Shown: one piece after another, positions 1-10,560 of the stretch | Numbering within the stretch: the stretch's first letter is position 1 | Layout: every line of letters starts with the position of its first letter | Assembly: GCF_001194135.2 (NCBI RefSeq) | Contig: NC_068992.1 | Span: forward strand, 808,726 to 869,659 | Source of the DNA: Octopus bimaculoides | Taxonomy: Eukaryota | DNA: 60,934 nucleotides | Direction of reading: 5' to 3' | Notes under the pieces: generated by a model | What the model was told of the DNA's origin: nothing | The model's database searches: none | The model's input: only the letters and a program-made list of their open reading frames with translations | Made by a program: the position numbers and the translations under genes

Positions 1-34
<34 letters not shown>
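1..34. repeat. (GA)n microsatellite
   Basis: Direct reading of the sequence. Confidence 0.98.
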
Positions 35-38
<4 letters not shown>

Positions 39-923
39 GATTTCTGACGAAATGTAGGAGTAACGCGAAAGATATTCTGTGGGTGGCAAGCACATACATG
101 ATTACCATCATACGTTTTTTTATATACTTCTATTCCAGCTTTATTTTTTTTTTATTCGTAATATTGCTTGATTCTAAAGAGGAACGAAGGAGGCAGAGAA
201 TGTGTGAATAGCTTCATTCATGTAGATGAATAAGGATTACATTCTTCTAAAATTCTTGCAGCTTCTATAAGAGTTGTAACACACTTTCTCCCTTTCCCTC
301 TAAGTTTTCTCTTTTGTTAATTATTTGTTTTCTTTTCACGTTTACCGAGCGCAAACGCGTGTCAGTGTTGCTGTTGTTGACGTTATCATAATGCAATATT
401 AATACGTAACATGGGAATGATTAAGGACATAAAGACATATATATATATGTATATATATGTAGAAGGAAAAAAAAGATGGTATTCGTGAGCAGAATGCAGA
501 AACTAGCACTACCAAGCATGGCACGCATATTACGGAGACTGCTTGCAAGGAGAATAAACATAAAAACACTGTACGGGGCCACGTATCACGCAGCTACATT
601 TGGCTGCTCAAAGACAGCAAACACTAAATACATGCGTAATAACAGAAATAATTACATATGACAATGATTATGATGGTGATAAGGACGATTGTAAGGATTG
701 TAATGATGAACACGACGGAGTCAATGGCATTACAGGGTGATGACTGCCATCAGAATCATATTTTCGTACTTAACTGAATATAAAGCATTTATAAAGGACT
801 CCGGAGGGATGGAAAGAAACGTTACTTCCGATAGTATGGATAATACACATTTTTCCAAATTAAGCCCATATACACACATTTCCGTGCGTACACATACTTA
901 AAACACTCACACATATGCATATA

Positions 924-959
<36 letters not shown>

Positions 960-1142
960 NNNNNNNNNNNNNNNNNNNNNNNNNNNNNNNNNNNNNNNNN
1001 NNNNNNNNNNNNNNNNNNNNNNNNNNNNNNNNNNNNNNNNNNNNNNNNNNNNNNNNNNNNNNNNNNNNNNNNNNNNNNNNNNNNNNNNNNNNNNNNNNNN
1101 NNNNNNNNNNNNNNNNNNNNNNNNNNNNNNNNNNNNNNNNNN

Positions 1143-1200
<58 letters not shown>

Positions 1201-1349
1201 GTGTATATATATGCATATATATCTGTATATGTATTTATATAGGTGGACATACATACACAGACATAGATACATACATACACATATTATTGACACACACACA
1301 TATACGCATATGTATATACATATATGCACGATTGTATTCGTTTCCTTGC

Positions 1350-1660
1350 GATTTGTAGAGCTAATGTTACTGCCATTGTCCAGAAATAAAGAGGAAACTA
1401 GCATCGTGCTCACAAAAAGCAACGATTAGCGCTTGACGTAACACATTAAAACGGAAAGACAAAGAGAATGTTTAAAAGATCGGACGAAATGAATCGATAT
1501 TGTTACCACTGAAAAACAGGGGTAAACGGACGTGGGTAGACTATATCACGAGAAGAACAGACGACTGTTGGATAAATTCATTATGGAATGCCTACTAATT
1601 GTAGCACAGTGAAAAGGAGGCAGGCGATAAAAATGATAGCACAAAGTAATCAGCAAATGC
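1350..1660 (+). mobile_element. Decayed RTE-clade LINE, 3' ORF remnant
   Basis: Manual translation gives KRTWVDYITRRTDDCWINSLW, which resembles the RTE C-terminal KWxWAGHIARRxDxRW motif. Multiple stops and frameshifts. Confidence 0.5.
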
Positions 1661-1854
1661 AGGATAATTTCAAATGGTAATGTCGTGTGAGAGATGAAAA
1701 AACTGGTCACTGTAAACCGATTCTTCCATTCAGGAATGGATCAGCACCAAATGTAACAGTAAAGACATCATTAAAAATGGCAGTAATAAGATCCCGCGAT
1801 TAGTAATTTTGTCCTTCGCTATTTTGACTCTCATAAGACTGTTGCTCTAATACG

Positions 1855-1995
1855 ACTCAGGTACAAGAATTTTGTTCTCATCTTTTCGGGGTCGATTAAA
1901 TAAGTACCATTTGATTAGTGGGGATTGATGTAATCAATCTGCTATCACCCTTAAAATATCAGGGCTTGTGCCTGTAGTAGGAAGGATTATTAATG
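1855..1995 (+). mobile_element. tRNA-SINE family B, 3' half
   Basis: Contains TTTCGGGGTCGATTAAATAAGTACCA...GGGCTTGTGCCTGTAGTAG, the reverse complement of the body and tail of the copies at 4065-4290 and 6119-6360. Confidence 0.7.
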
Positions 1996-2471
1996 TTATC
2001 TTGTGGCAATGATGCTGCATTTCAGCATTTTTCTTTCTGATTTCGAAAACAACCCAGACAAAATGTGCATTTCAATTCTTTGAGTTTTGATACCATCATG
2101 TATTATTGAATCTTTGGAGCCGATTAAATTGACTACATTTCTCCTTCTACACGAAGAAAATGTCAGTGTGCTAATATTAAAACAGTTATTAACTTCATGC
2201 ACTGAGATCAAATACAGCTAAACTACATATTTCCTTCCTCTACAACACGATTTCAACAAGACATCACGATATTGCTAGCACTATCAAGCTTAGAAGACCA
2301 TGGCTTCCTGTCGTTTTAATAAATTATATTCTTGATTACAATATATTTTAATGAAGTAATATCCAAGCCAACATTCGATGTAATTAAATTTACTGTTATA
2401 TTTATGTTTTCTCAAAATTCAAACAACAAATGACGACACAAATAAACGACGGAAGAATATAGAAACATTGC

Positions 2472-2633
2472 AGGCACAGGAGTGGCTGTGTGGTACGTAG
2501 CTTGATAACCAACCACATGGTCCCGAGTTCAGTCCTACTGCGTGGCACCTTGGGTGAGTGTCTTCTGCTATAGCCTCAGGCCAACCAAGGCCTTTAAGTA
2601 GATTTGGTAGATGGAAACTGGAAGAAACCCATC

Positions 2634-2636
<3 letters not shown>
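2472..2636 (+). mobile_element. tRNA-SINE family A (CORE-like) followed by a (TA)n/(TG)n tail
   Basis: A-box-like TGGCTGTGTGG, B-box-like GAGTTCAGTCC, and central GGCACCTTGGGTGAGTGTCTT resembling the CORE GACCTTGGGCAAGT. A second copy lies at 16953. Confidence 0.85.
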
Positions 2637-2686
<50 letters not shown>

Positions 2687-2789
2687 CATGTGTGTGTGTC
2701 TGTGTGTGTGTGTGTGCGTGTGTGTGTGTATGTTTGTGTGTCCATATAATTCCTTGTAAATGAGGGAAACCCTGCGAGCTACACGCAGA

Positions 2790-3200
2790 AATCTTGAAAA
2801 AGTACGTATGCTATCTTCCCGTCCTTTGCTCTCGTTCTACAAGCGCATACTCAGAGCAGACCAGTTAACTTGTATTACCCTTGCTACTCACATCCATGTC
2901 TCGGATGCAGCACTTCCCTCCCCACCTTCACTTTTCTTTTTGCTAGTGAAACTTGAAGAAATTTATGACAGTTTGTTCCAAGGGATATCTGCCTGCAGCG
3001 CTTTCAATCTTGTCCAACACTCAGTAGCTTTCACCAATACCACCAGACAAACGAAGACTAGACTCTCCCTCCTTCACAGCTAAAGAAAGGCCATGGAACG
3101 ATCTTCAAAATGGAATCGGCTGATAGAGGATTCCTTCCAAAACTAGATAGCAAGTTTTCTTCTGTTCCTTGGTACTTCAGCGAAAGAAAGTTTCATGCAT
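2790..3200 (-). mobile_element. Possible highly decayed L1/Tx1-type LINE 3' remnant
   Basis: Broken frames QTVINFFKFH and KRKVKVGREVL recall the C-terminus of mollusc Tx1-like ORF2. Memory-based and weak. Confidence 0.3.
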
Positions 3201-3427
3201 TCCCAGGCAAGTGATGCCACACATACATATATCTTAAAATATCATTCATTAAAATCCAGTGACTGCCTAATCTACTAACAGCTGGTTATAACAGCAGAAC
3301 AAAGTTCTCGCTTTGGTCTCATTGTTATTGTTGTTGTCGGCATCGTCGCCATCGTCGTTGTTGTTTATTTTTCTTTCAAAATCAAAAGAGACGACACCGA
3401 TCTATTCCCACACTGACGTTATCTATC

Positions 3428-3441
3428 GTTGCCATGGTTAC
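3428..3441 (-). promoter_or_regulatory. RFX X-box motif GTAACCATGGCAAC
   Basis: Perfect match to GTNRCC(N0-3)RGYAAC on the minus strand. It overlaps a 19-bp near-palindrome (3430-3448) and sits in a locally CpG-rich patch. Confidence 0.5.
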
Positions 3442-3857
3442 CATGGCAGTGTTTCTACTAAAACAGTTTTTATTCTAACGTAAACATTACTTCATTTCTC
3501 TACTTTTCTTTTTCTTATATTCTCTCTACTTTTCATTGTTTAGTTCTCAATATTATTACTATTTCTTCATAGATTTTCCTGCTTTTTTTCTTTCTTTTTT
3601 TTTTTTTACCAAGTAAGAACAGACAATTTTACAATACAAAATATAAGACGAGACATTTCCTTCCTGCTTGGGTTAAATGTAAAACGTAAAAACTCGCCAA
3701 ACAGAAGTGAGCTCCTATACAGTTGACAAAATTTTAAAGCCAAACACATCACAAGCCGAGTGGAAATTTCCAAAAACTAAAAAGAAAACATACAAAAAAT
3801 CAAATGTTACAGACACCAAGCTGGAGTGATTCTATTCACATGGATGACAATAATAAA

Positions 3858-4045
3858 GGTTTCAAACTTTCGGGGAGCGTGTTACGTCGATTACATCGAC
3901 CACAGTGATCATCTGGTACTTATTTTATCGACTAGAAAGGATAAAAAGCAAGGTTAGCTTTGGTGGAATTTGAAGTCAGAACGTTATTACGGACGAAATA
4001 CCGTTAAGCATTTGGTCCGGTGTGCTAACGATTCTACCAACACAA
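3858..4045 (-). mobile_element. tRNA-SINE family B (diverged)
   Basis: Aligns by eye with the copies at 4065, 6119 and 6655 (GGTACTTATTTTATCGAC...GGAATTTGAA...TGCTAACGATTCT). Confidence 0.8.
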
Positions 4046-4064
4046 AATTTAACAATAATAATAA

Positions 4065-4288
4065 TGGTTTCTAATTTTTGCGAGAAGAGTAGCAAGGCCT
4101 GAAATTTGATGGGAGGAGACTAGTCGATTACATCCACACCTGTGTTTCACTGGTACTTAATTTATCGACCCCGAAAGAATGAAGGGCAAAATCGACCTCG
4201 GCGGAACTTGAATTCAGACACATAGCGACGGGCGAAAAACGCCTAAGCATTTCGACCAGCGTGCTAACGGTTCTACCAGCACGCCGCC

Positions 4289-4290
<2 letters not shown>
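4065..4290 (-). mobile_element. tRNA-SINE family B, near full length
   Basis: The minus strand starts AGGCGGCGTGCTGGTAGAACCGTTAGCAC, has a B-box-like GAATTCAAGTTCC and a central CCTTCATTCTTTCGGGGTCGATAAATTAAGTACCAG. Confidence 0.85.
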
Positions 4291-4320
<30 letters not shown>

Positions 4321-4349
4321 AATAATAATAATAATTAATAATAATAATA

Positions 4350-4436
4350 ATGGTTTCAAATGTTTGCCAGAAGGGCAGCAAGGCCTGAAATTTGAGGGAG
4401 GGGACTAGTCGATTACATTCACACCTGTATTTCACT
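4350..4436 (-). mobile_element. tRNA-SINE family B, 3' fragment
   Basis: Near-duplicate of 4072-4150 (GCAAGGCCTGAAATTTGA...CTAGTCGATTACAT). Confidence 0.7.
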
Positions 4437-6118
4437 TTTAGCTTTGTTGGGTCATCAATTTTCGTATTATATATCTATGCCAATAACATCGGTGTATTTA
4501 ACTAATAAGGACAACAAAGGGGTTAATCTCCTCTAAAACGTCACAATCTTAACGAACCGAAACCTAGCATTAGACTGATAAGCATAATGAAAATGCAAAG
4601 GGCGCAAATGAACAAATTGATAAAATAATTACTAAAGTTAAGAATATATCATGGAATTATTTAAATACTTTCCTTACGCCTTGATAAAATTCGTAGAACT
4701 TAGCAATTTCCTTACTAAATACATAAGCAATATTAAAGACAGATATCGCAATAATAATCAATAATAAATCATTTTTAATACTTAAGTTTAGTTTTCAGTT
4801 CTCTTAAGTTGCAAATTTCTTTTAATATTTTTAATTTCTTATTTACCTGGGCATTTAAATACTTAGTCATTTAATCATGTTATTCTCAAGAACTCATTAT
4901 GGTTACACCTCCATCTTGAGCTCAACGTTTTATCGCATCTTTTAAATATATTTACTTATTCTTTATTTCTTTGATCTTTCAGTCGTCTCCATGTTTCTTT
5001 TAGTATGCATTCTTCCATTTTGTCTCCCCTCTGAATTTATTAACAACATTATATTTGACATACTTTTGCATAAATAACTCTGTTAATTTATAAATTTTAG
5101 TTGGCAGGTTTTTTTGCTCTCCCCATTTATCATCTCATTTATGAAGCAATTATTAAATATTACCTTATTTTTAAAAATAATATTTATCTCTTTCACCATA
5201 CAACAATATGTTCACTATTTACCGCTACATAGAAAACATCAATAGAAAACCTTTATTCCTTTCTATGCTTACAAAATTCAATGCACATTAATTTACCAAT
5301 TTAATATTTAATGTATTTTTAAGTAATATATCAGATTCTAGTCATCACTTTATATATTTCAGTTCTGTGTAGTGTTGCATACTTTAATTTCTAATTTACA
5401 ACGGATTCTTTTACTTTTGGTCTTTTACTCCGGTTCTATGGTGAATGCTAAATTATTTTCAAAGGGAAAGTGTGATGGTGGTGGTGTGGTGTGGGGGGTT
5501 TAGTAATTATTTTAAATGATTTGTTAGTCTGTAGCATCACGCTTTATTATCATTTTTATTTTGTACTCTTACGGCAGTAGTATTAGTGATTCTGCCGGTT
5601 TTGGTTCGTTCGCCTAACCATCAAACCACTATTCCTAACCTTCGTTATTCAGCATCACATATACCTTTACCGACGAGATATGCTTTCCTGCTGGGTTATA
5701 ATGTTAGTTGCCGTGATGAATATAGAAGTCCATTTGTAGGTAAAGCCATTTTGTTTCCTATCTTAAGTGCGAAAATGTATCTTCACGTTGTATTTGGAGT
5801 TGAGTAAGCAGGTTGTATGATGACGACATTATATGCAACCTGCCAACTATGCCTTTCTGTGGCTTGTTTCCAATATCATTCCCTTCAAACAGTTTCCCTT
5901 TGGAGGTAGTTGATACTTCCTTCACCTTTTTCTAATGCACATTCGACATTTACTCTAGTGAATAGACCAGCTACACGTAGTAAATGTGAGAGATCAACAA
6001 CTTGAAATATTCCTTTTCTTTATCTTTTCTATACCAATTTCTTTTTTTTTTTTTTTTTAACCTAACGATGTGAGTTCTGTGTCCTAGTGTTCTCTACTAT
6101 TTCTGATGAAGGATCTGA

Positions 6119-6360
6119 TATTCTTTTCTTCTCTAGGCACAAGGCCCGAAATTTTGGGGGAGAAAGCCTGTCGATTAGATCGATCACAGGAAGCAGATGG
6201 TACTTAATTTATCGACCCCAGTACGCAACTGATACTTAATTTATCGACTCCGAAAGGATGAAAGGCAAAGTCGACCACGGCGGAATTTGAACTCAGAACA
6301 TAAAGGTAGACCGCTAAGCATTTCGCCCGGCCTGCTAACGTTTCTGCCAGTTCACCGCCT
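6119..6360 (-). mobile_element. tRNA-SINE family B with a short internal duplication
   Basis: Head AGGCGGTGAACTGGCAGAAACGTTAGC and B-box GAGTTCAAATTCC. TACTTAATTTATCGAC occurs twice. Flanked by a possible TGA target-site duplication. Confidence 0.85.
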
Positions 6361-6654
6361 TGAAAGATCCGAGATTATCACTTCTCGAATTTTTCACAGA
6401 TTCAATGGATGGGCGTGTCTTATTATGCAAATCTCCCTTTTTAAAGGTTAAAACTTTTAGGGGTAGAGAGAGAGAAAACTCTTGAAATAAAGCCTCCCAG
6501 AGACTCGCTTAATTATACAGATTCCCTCAAACATTTATGGAGATTAATAGAATCCACTGCCTAGCCTCGCTATCTGACAGATACTTTCAGTCGATAGCCC
6601 TCAAGAGTCTCTTCACATTTCGGTCCAGCTGTTGTTAAGCATGCTGGAACATTG

Positions 6655-6879
6655 TTATAATATTCTATTCTACTGTAGGCACACGGCCTGACATTTTTGG
6701 AGAGGGGGCCAATCGATTAGATCAACCCCAGTACACAACTGGTACTTAATTTAACGGCACCGAAAGTATGAAGTGCAAAGTCGACCTCGGTGGAAGTTGA
6801 ACTCAGAACGTAAAGACAGACAAAATACCGCTAAGCATTTCGCCCGACGTGCTAACGTTTCTGTCAGCTCACCGCCTTA
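6655..6879 (-). mobile_element. tRNA-SINE family B, near full length
   Basis: Highly similar to 6119-6360. Confidence 0.85.
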
Positions 6880-6892
6880 AACATTGTTATAT

Positions 6893-7162
6893 TTATTTCC
6901 TTATTGCCCACAAGGGACTAAACATAGAGGGGACAAACAAGGACAGACAAAGGGATTAAGTCAATTAGATCGACTTCAGTGCATAACGGCCCGAAAGGAT
7001 GAAAGGCAAAGTCGACCTCGGCGGAATTTGAACTCAGAACGTAAAGGCAGACAAAATACCGCAAAGCATTTCGCCCGGCGTGTTAACGTTTCTTATTTCT
7101 TTATTGCCCACTAGGGGCTAAACATAGAGGGGACAAACAAGGACAGACAAAGGGATTAAGTC
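6893..7162 (-). mobile_element. SINE family B variant in a partial tandem (200-bp period)
   Basis: A ~70-bp block (TTATTGCCCAC...GGGATTAAGTC) occurs at 6893-6962 and 7093-7162, flanking a head-truncated family B body. Confidence 0.75.
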
Positions 7163-7163
7163 G

Positions 7164-7562
7164 ATTATTATTATTATTATTATTATTATTGCCTTTGCAC
7201 AGCTTCTAATGCTGGAGATGTATTACAGTCTCAGCTGTTCACTACCAGTAAACTAAGGTGACACATCTTATTTTTCGAGCACCATCCGGAGTATTGGAGC
7301 GGTTCCAAGCAGTGATGTTTCCTGCAAGTTCTCCACCCTTATTGCAACCCCTGTTCGTTCCACGCTCTTCTCGAGATTTTTGCTCACTGTTCCCAGGGCT
7401 CCGACAATTGGTACTACTGCTACCTTTATCATTGACCACAACTGCTTAACCTCCCAAGCTAATCTGTCATACCTCTCGACTTTTCTTTCTTCCTTGTCGC
7501 ATACCTTGTTGTCAGCTGGGCATGCTACATCTATGATCCAGCATGGTTTGTTTTCTTTCTCA
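7164..7562 (-). mobile_element. R4/Dong-type (RLE) LINE, 5'-truncated 3' end with (TAA)n tail
   Basis: ORF 7268..7645 contains CWIIDVACP...KVERYDRL...VVPIVGALG...LLGTAPILRMVLE, the C-terminal restriction-like endonuclease region. (AAT)n occurs at both ends. Confidence 0.85.
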
Positions 7563-7612
7563 TTATTATTATTATTATTATTATTGCTGATTTTTTCGAA
7601 TTTTGAGTCATG

Positions 7613-7810
7613 GATTGGCAGAGTCGGTGGAGCGTTCGCAAACACGCTTAGTTATATTGCTTCTAGTTTATTACCTTATGATTTCAAAACTCAGCGGGGA
7701 AGTATTTGTCTTTCATGCCTCTATTGTCGATAAAAAAAACAACAACAACTAGTCAAATACAGTTATCGATTAGATACCGATCCTTCGATTCTGGCGGTCT
7801 TATTCCTGAA
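7613..7810 (+). mobile_element. Old, diverged family B SINE
   Basis: TTGGCAGAGTCGGT...ACGCTTAG...TTTCAAAACTCAGCGGGG...CTTTCATGCC...GTCGATAAAA is collinear with the family B sense strand. Confidence 0.5.
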
Positions 7811-8356
7811 TTAGAAACAATTATTTTTATTAGAATTAATACTTTAAATCATACACCGTTCCATTACACCATCGCTGTTCTGTGAATTTTTCTCACCTTC
7901 ACAAAATGGTACTTTCATATTTTTATCGCTAACTTTAATACTATTTTTTTCTATTTCTTTTCCTGCACTTTTCTCATCTTTTCTTTTTCTTCATTTTTCT
8001 TCTCTTATTTCTCCCCTCTTTCTTTCTCTTCGTACGTGTATCATTTTTAAAAATAACATATTCATTTCGAACATAAAGAATACAAAATATATACATTATT
8101 AGGAAGTATCCTATTATATTTATTGTTTACCGTTTTTCTTCTCATTCACCTAAAATTTTCCATGATTAAATTTTTCACGAATACACTATATATTCGTAAA
8201 CTTATCCTATTTTAGCATTCATTTAGGAAAACTGAAAGAAAAATTGATGTTTGTAACGAAAAAAAAAAATAAATAAAATGCACGTACACACATGCGCATA
8301 CACACACGCGAAAATATATCTATTTATTCATACAAACATGTGTGTGTGTATATTTA

Positions 8357-8408
<52 letters not shown>

Positions 8409-8492
8409 TATATGTATATGCATGTATGTGTGTGCGTGCGAAACGATCTATGTACACACACACGCGCACACACTCGCACGTACTTATATATA

Positions 8493-9260
8493 ATCAGTGT
8501 AAAGAAGACAGTGATCCTCACTCAGGAGGGAGCAGCAAGAGGCCATATCAAGCTTGATGACAAAGAGCTTGAGACAGTGGACAGGTTCTGCTATCTGGGG
8601 TCTACCATTTCCTCTACTATTTCACTTGATGATGAGATTAACGTCAGGATAGAGAAGGCAGCAACATCTTTTGGAAGGCTGACAAAACGAGTATGGAAGA
8701 ACAAGAGATTAAAACAAAGATCAAGATTTATGAAGCATGTGTTCTCAGCACAGTTCTTTATGAATCTGAAACATGGACTTTTTAAAGCAGACAGGAAAGG
8801 TGCTTCGGCATTTTCTATCTCAGATACCTCCGCAAGATCTTAGGCCTAACATGGTGCGACAATGTTACCAATGTTGAAGTGCTGGCCCAGGAAAATCTTA
8901 ACGCATTACAGCTATTTTGTGTATGAGAAGACTGAGGTGGCTGGGATATGTCAGAGGAATGGATGACCATCGAATCCCGAAGCAACTGCTCTATGGAGAA
9001 CTGGCCCAGGGCAAGAGACCAAGAGGAAGACCAAAATTGAAGTATAAGGGCACTTGCAAAACTAGTTTGTCCAAGTGTGAGGTGGATGACGGCACCTGGG
9101 AAGAGAGGGCTGAGGACAGAACAACATGGAGGACTGTGGTGAAGGAAGGAACAGCTTCGCTAGAGAGCAGCTACAGAAACAAACAAGTTGAGAAGCGTCA
9201 GCGGCGAAAGGAAAACAACAGAAATGCAGACCGCCGAGCCACCCTCTTGGTATTTCAGTG
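8493..9260 (+). mobile_element. RTE-clade LINE, 3' part of ORF2 (RT thumb and C-terminus), frameshifted
   Basis: Peptides LETVDRFCYLGSTIS...EINVRIEKAATSFGRL, KIYEACVLSTVLYESETWT (after a frameshift near 8712) and RRLRWLGYVRGMDDHRIPKQLLYGELAQGKRPRGRPKLKYK are diagnostic RTE motifs. Confidence 0.9.
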
Positions 9261-10465
9261 CTCAGTAGAATGGAATATAAATCCACGTTATGTTAAAGCG
9301 AACTTGAACCTATATCTTTGTTGTCAATACTTTACAGAAACAAATATACATCATATAATCAAACCATCCTGCCATGAAATCAGTATAGCTAATAGTTGAT
9401 TTTTGTTTTTTACCACTTAATGGGAAACCTTTAGGTGGTGGAAGTATACTGGACCGCAGATTTTTGGCTAAAAGAATTGAAGCATTCTAGTAATGTTATA
9501 GGTTTAGTTTTGGATCTTGATTACGTTTATCGTAAATATTTTTGTCGATATTATCGTTTAGCCTTAGTCTGTCCTTCATTGCGCAGACACATGATCAAAT
9601 ACGTTGTGACTCCATTCTATCTTTTACTCAGGAATCACGTTTCCAGAACAACATTATATAATTTGTTCTCCGCTTGTGAAGACTCTTTATTGCTATATAA
9701 GGAATACTAGCGCATGTCGAGCAATTATGCACCAACTCAATCGTATTATTAACTGCGATATAGAGAGGTAGAATTCGAATACCGTAACTCTTTAACAGAA
9801 TACATTGTGTCTACATAATATGACCCTGATATGAAATATATTTTCTACTTTTCCATGTAATATTCAATAAATATAAACTAATTGTTCAATACTATAAGAC
9901 AACGAACAGGTTGCTTCACTTTCGATATTGTGAAATAGCTCGAGAGCGATTGTTGTAAATTTATAGAAGGTGCCGCTGAAATAATAGGACACCGTTTAAA
10001 ATATATTTTGTGTGTTACCTCTGTAGCTTTTTCGTTTTCTTGCCTCCATTTTGAACCAAACATGTTCCTGTAATATGCAGCAGTAATCGTAACACAATCT
10101 TCTCAGTATACTACTTCTCATTTTATGGAAATACAAGCAAATGTGTTAGTTTCTGGCGTATTTTGCGTTAATCAATTGAGAAATAAGTATAGTGTGGTTG
10201 TCAGCATCGTTTGGATTCTGCTTATTTTGACTTCACCTCCCTGGAGAACATTTTTGGCAACACAGAATAGATTATGAGAAATTGAAAGTAAGAAATGCCC
10301 GTTTTTGTTCTTTTATCGAAATATCGTCTGATGTTATATGAACAGAAATATCATTGATTGGATAAAGAGAAAAATGAGAAAAATAACTGGAAACTTTTTT
10401 CAAGAATATATAGCAAGAAATACAAATTTACTGACAGCATTAATATTATTATTGTTAGCAATAAA

Positions 10466-10487
10466 TAGTGTAGTAGTAGTAGTAGTC

Positions 10488-10525
<38 letters not shown>

Positions 10526-10560
10526 CGCAGTAGTAGTCGTAGTCATAGTAGTAATAGTAA
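10466..10560. repeat. (GTA)n microsatellite with GTC interruptions
   Basis: Direct reading of the sequence. Confidence 0.95.

Noticed and set aside
44-75. CTGACGA...CGAAA as a hammerhead
   Set aside because: The intervening sequence does not form stem II, and there is no stem I.
6893-7162. Direct repeats as a CRISPR array
   Set aside because: Eukaryotic context, only two ~70-bp repeats, and the spacer is a SINE body.
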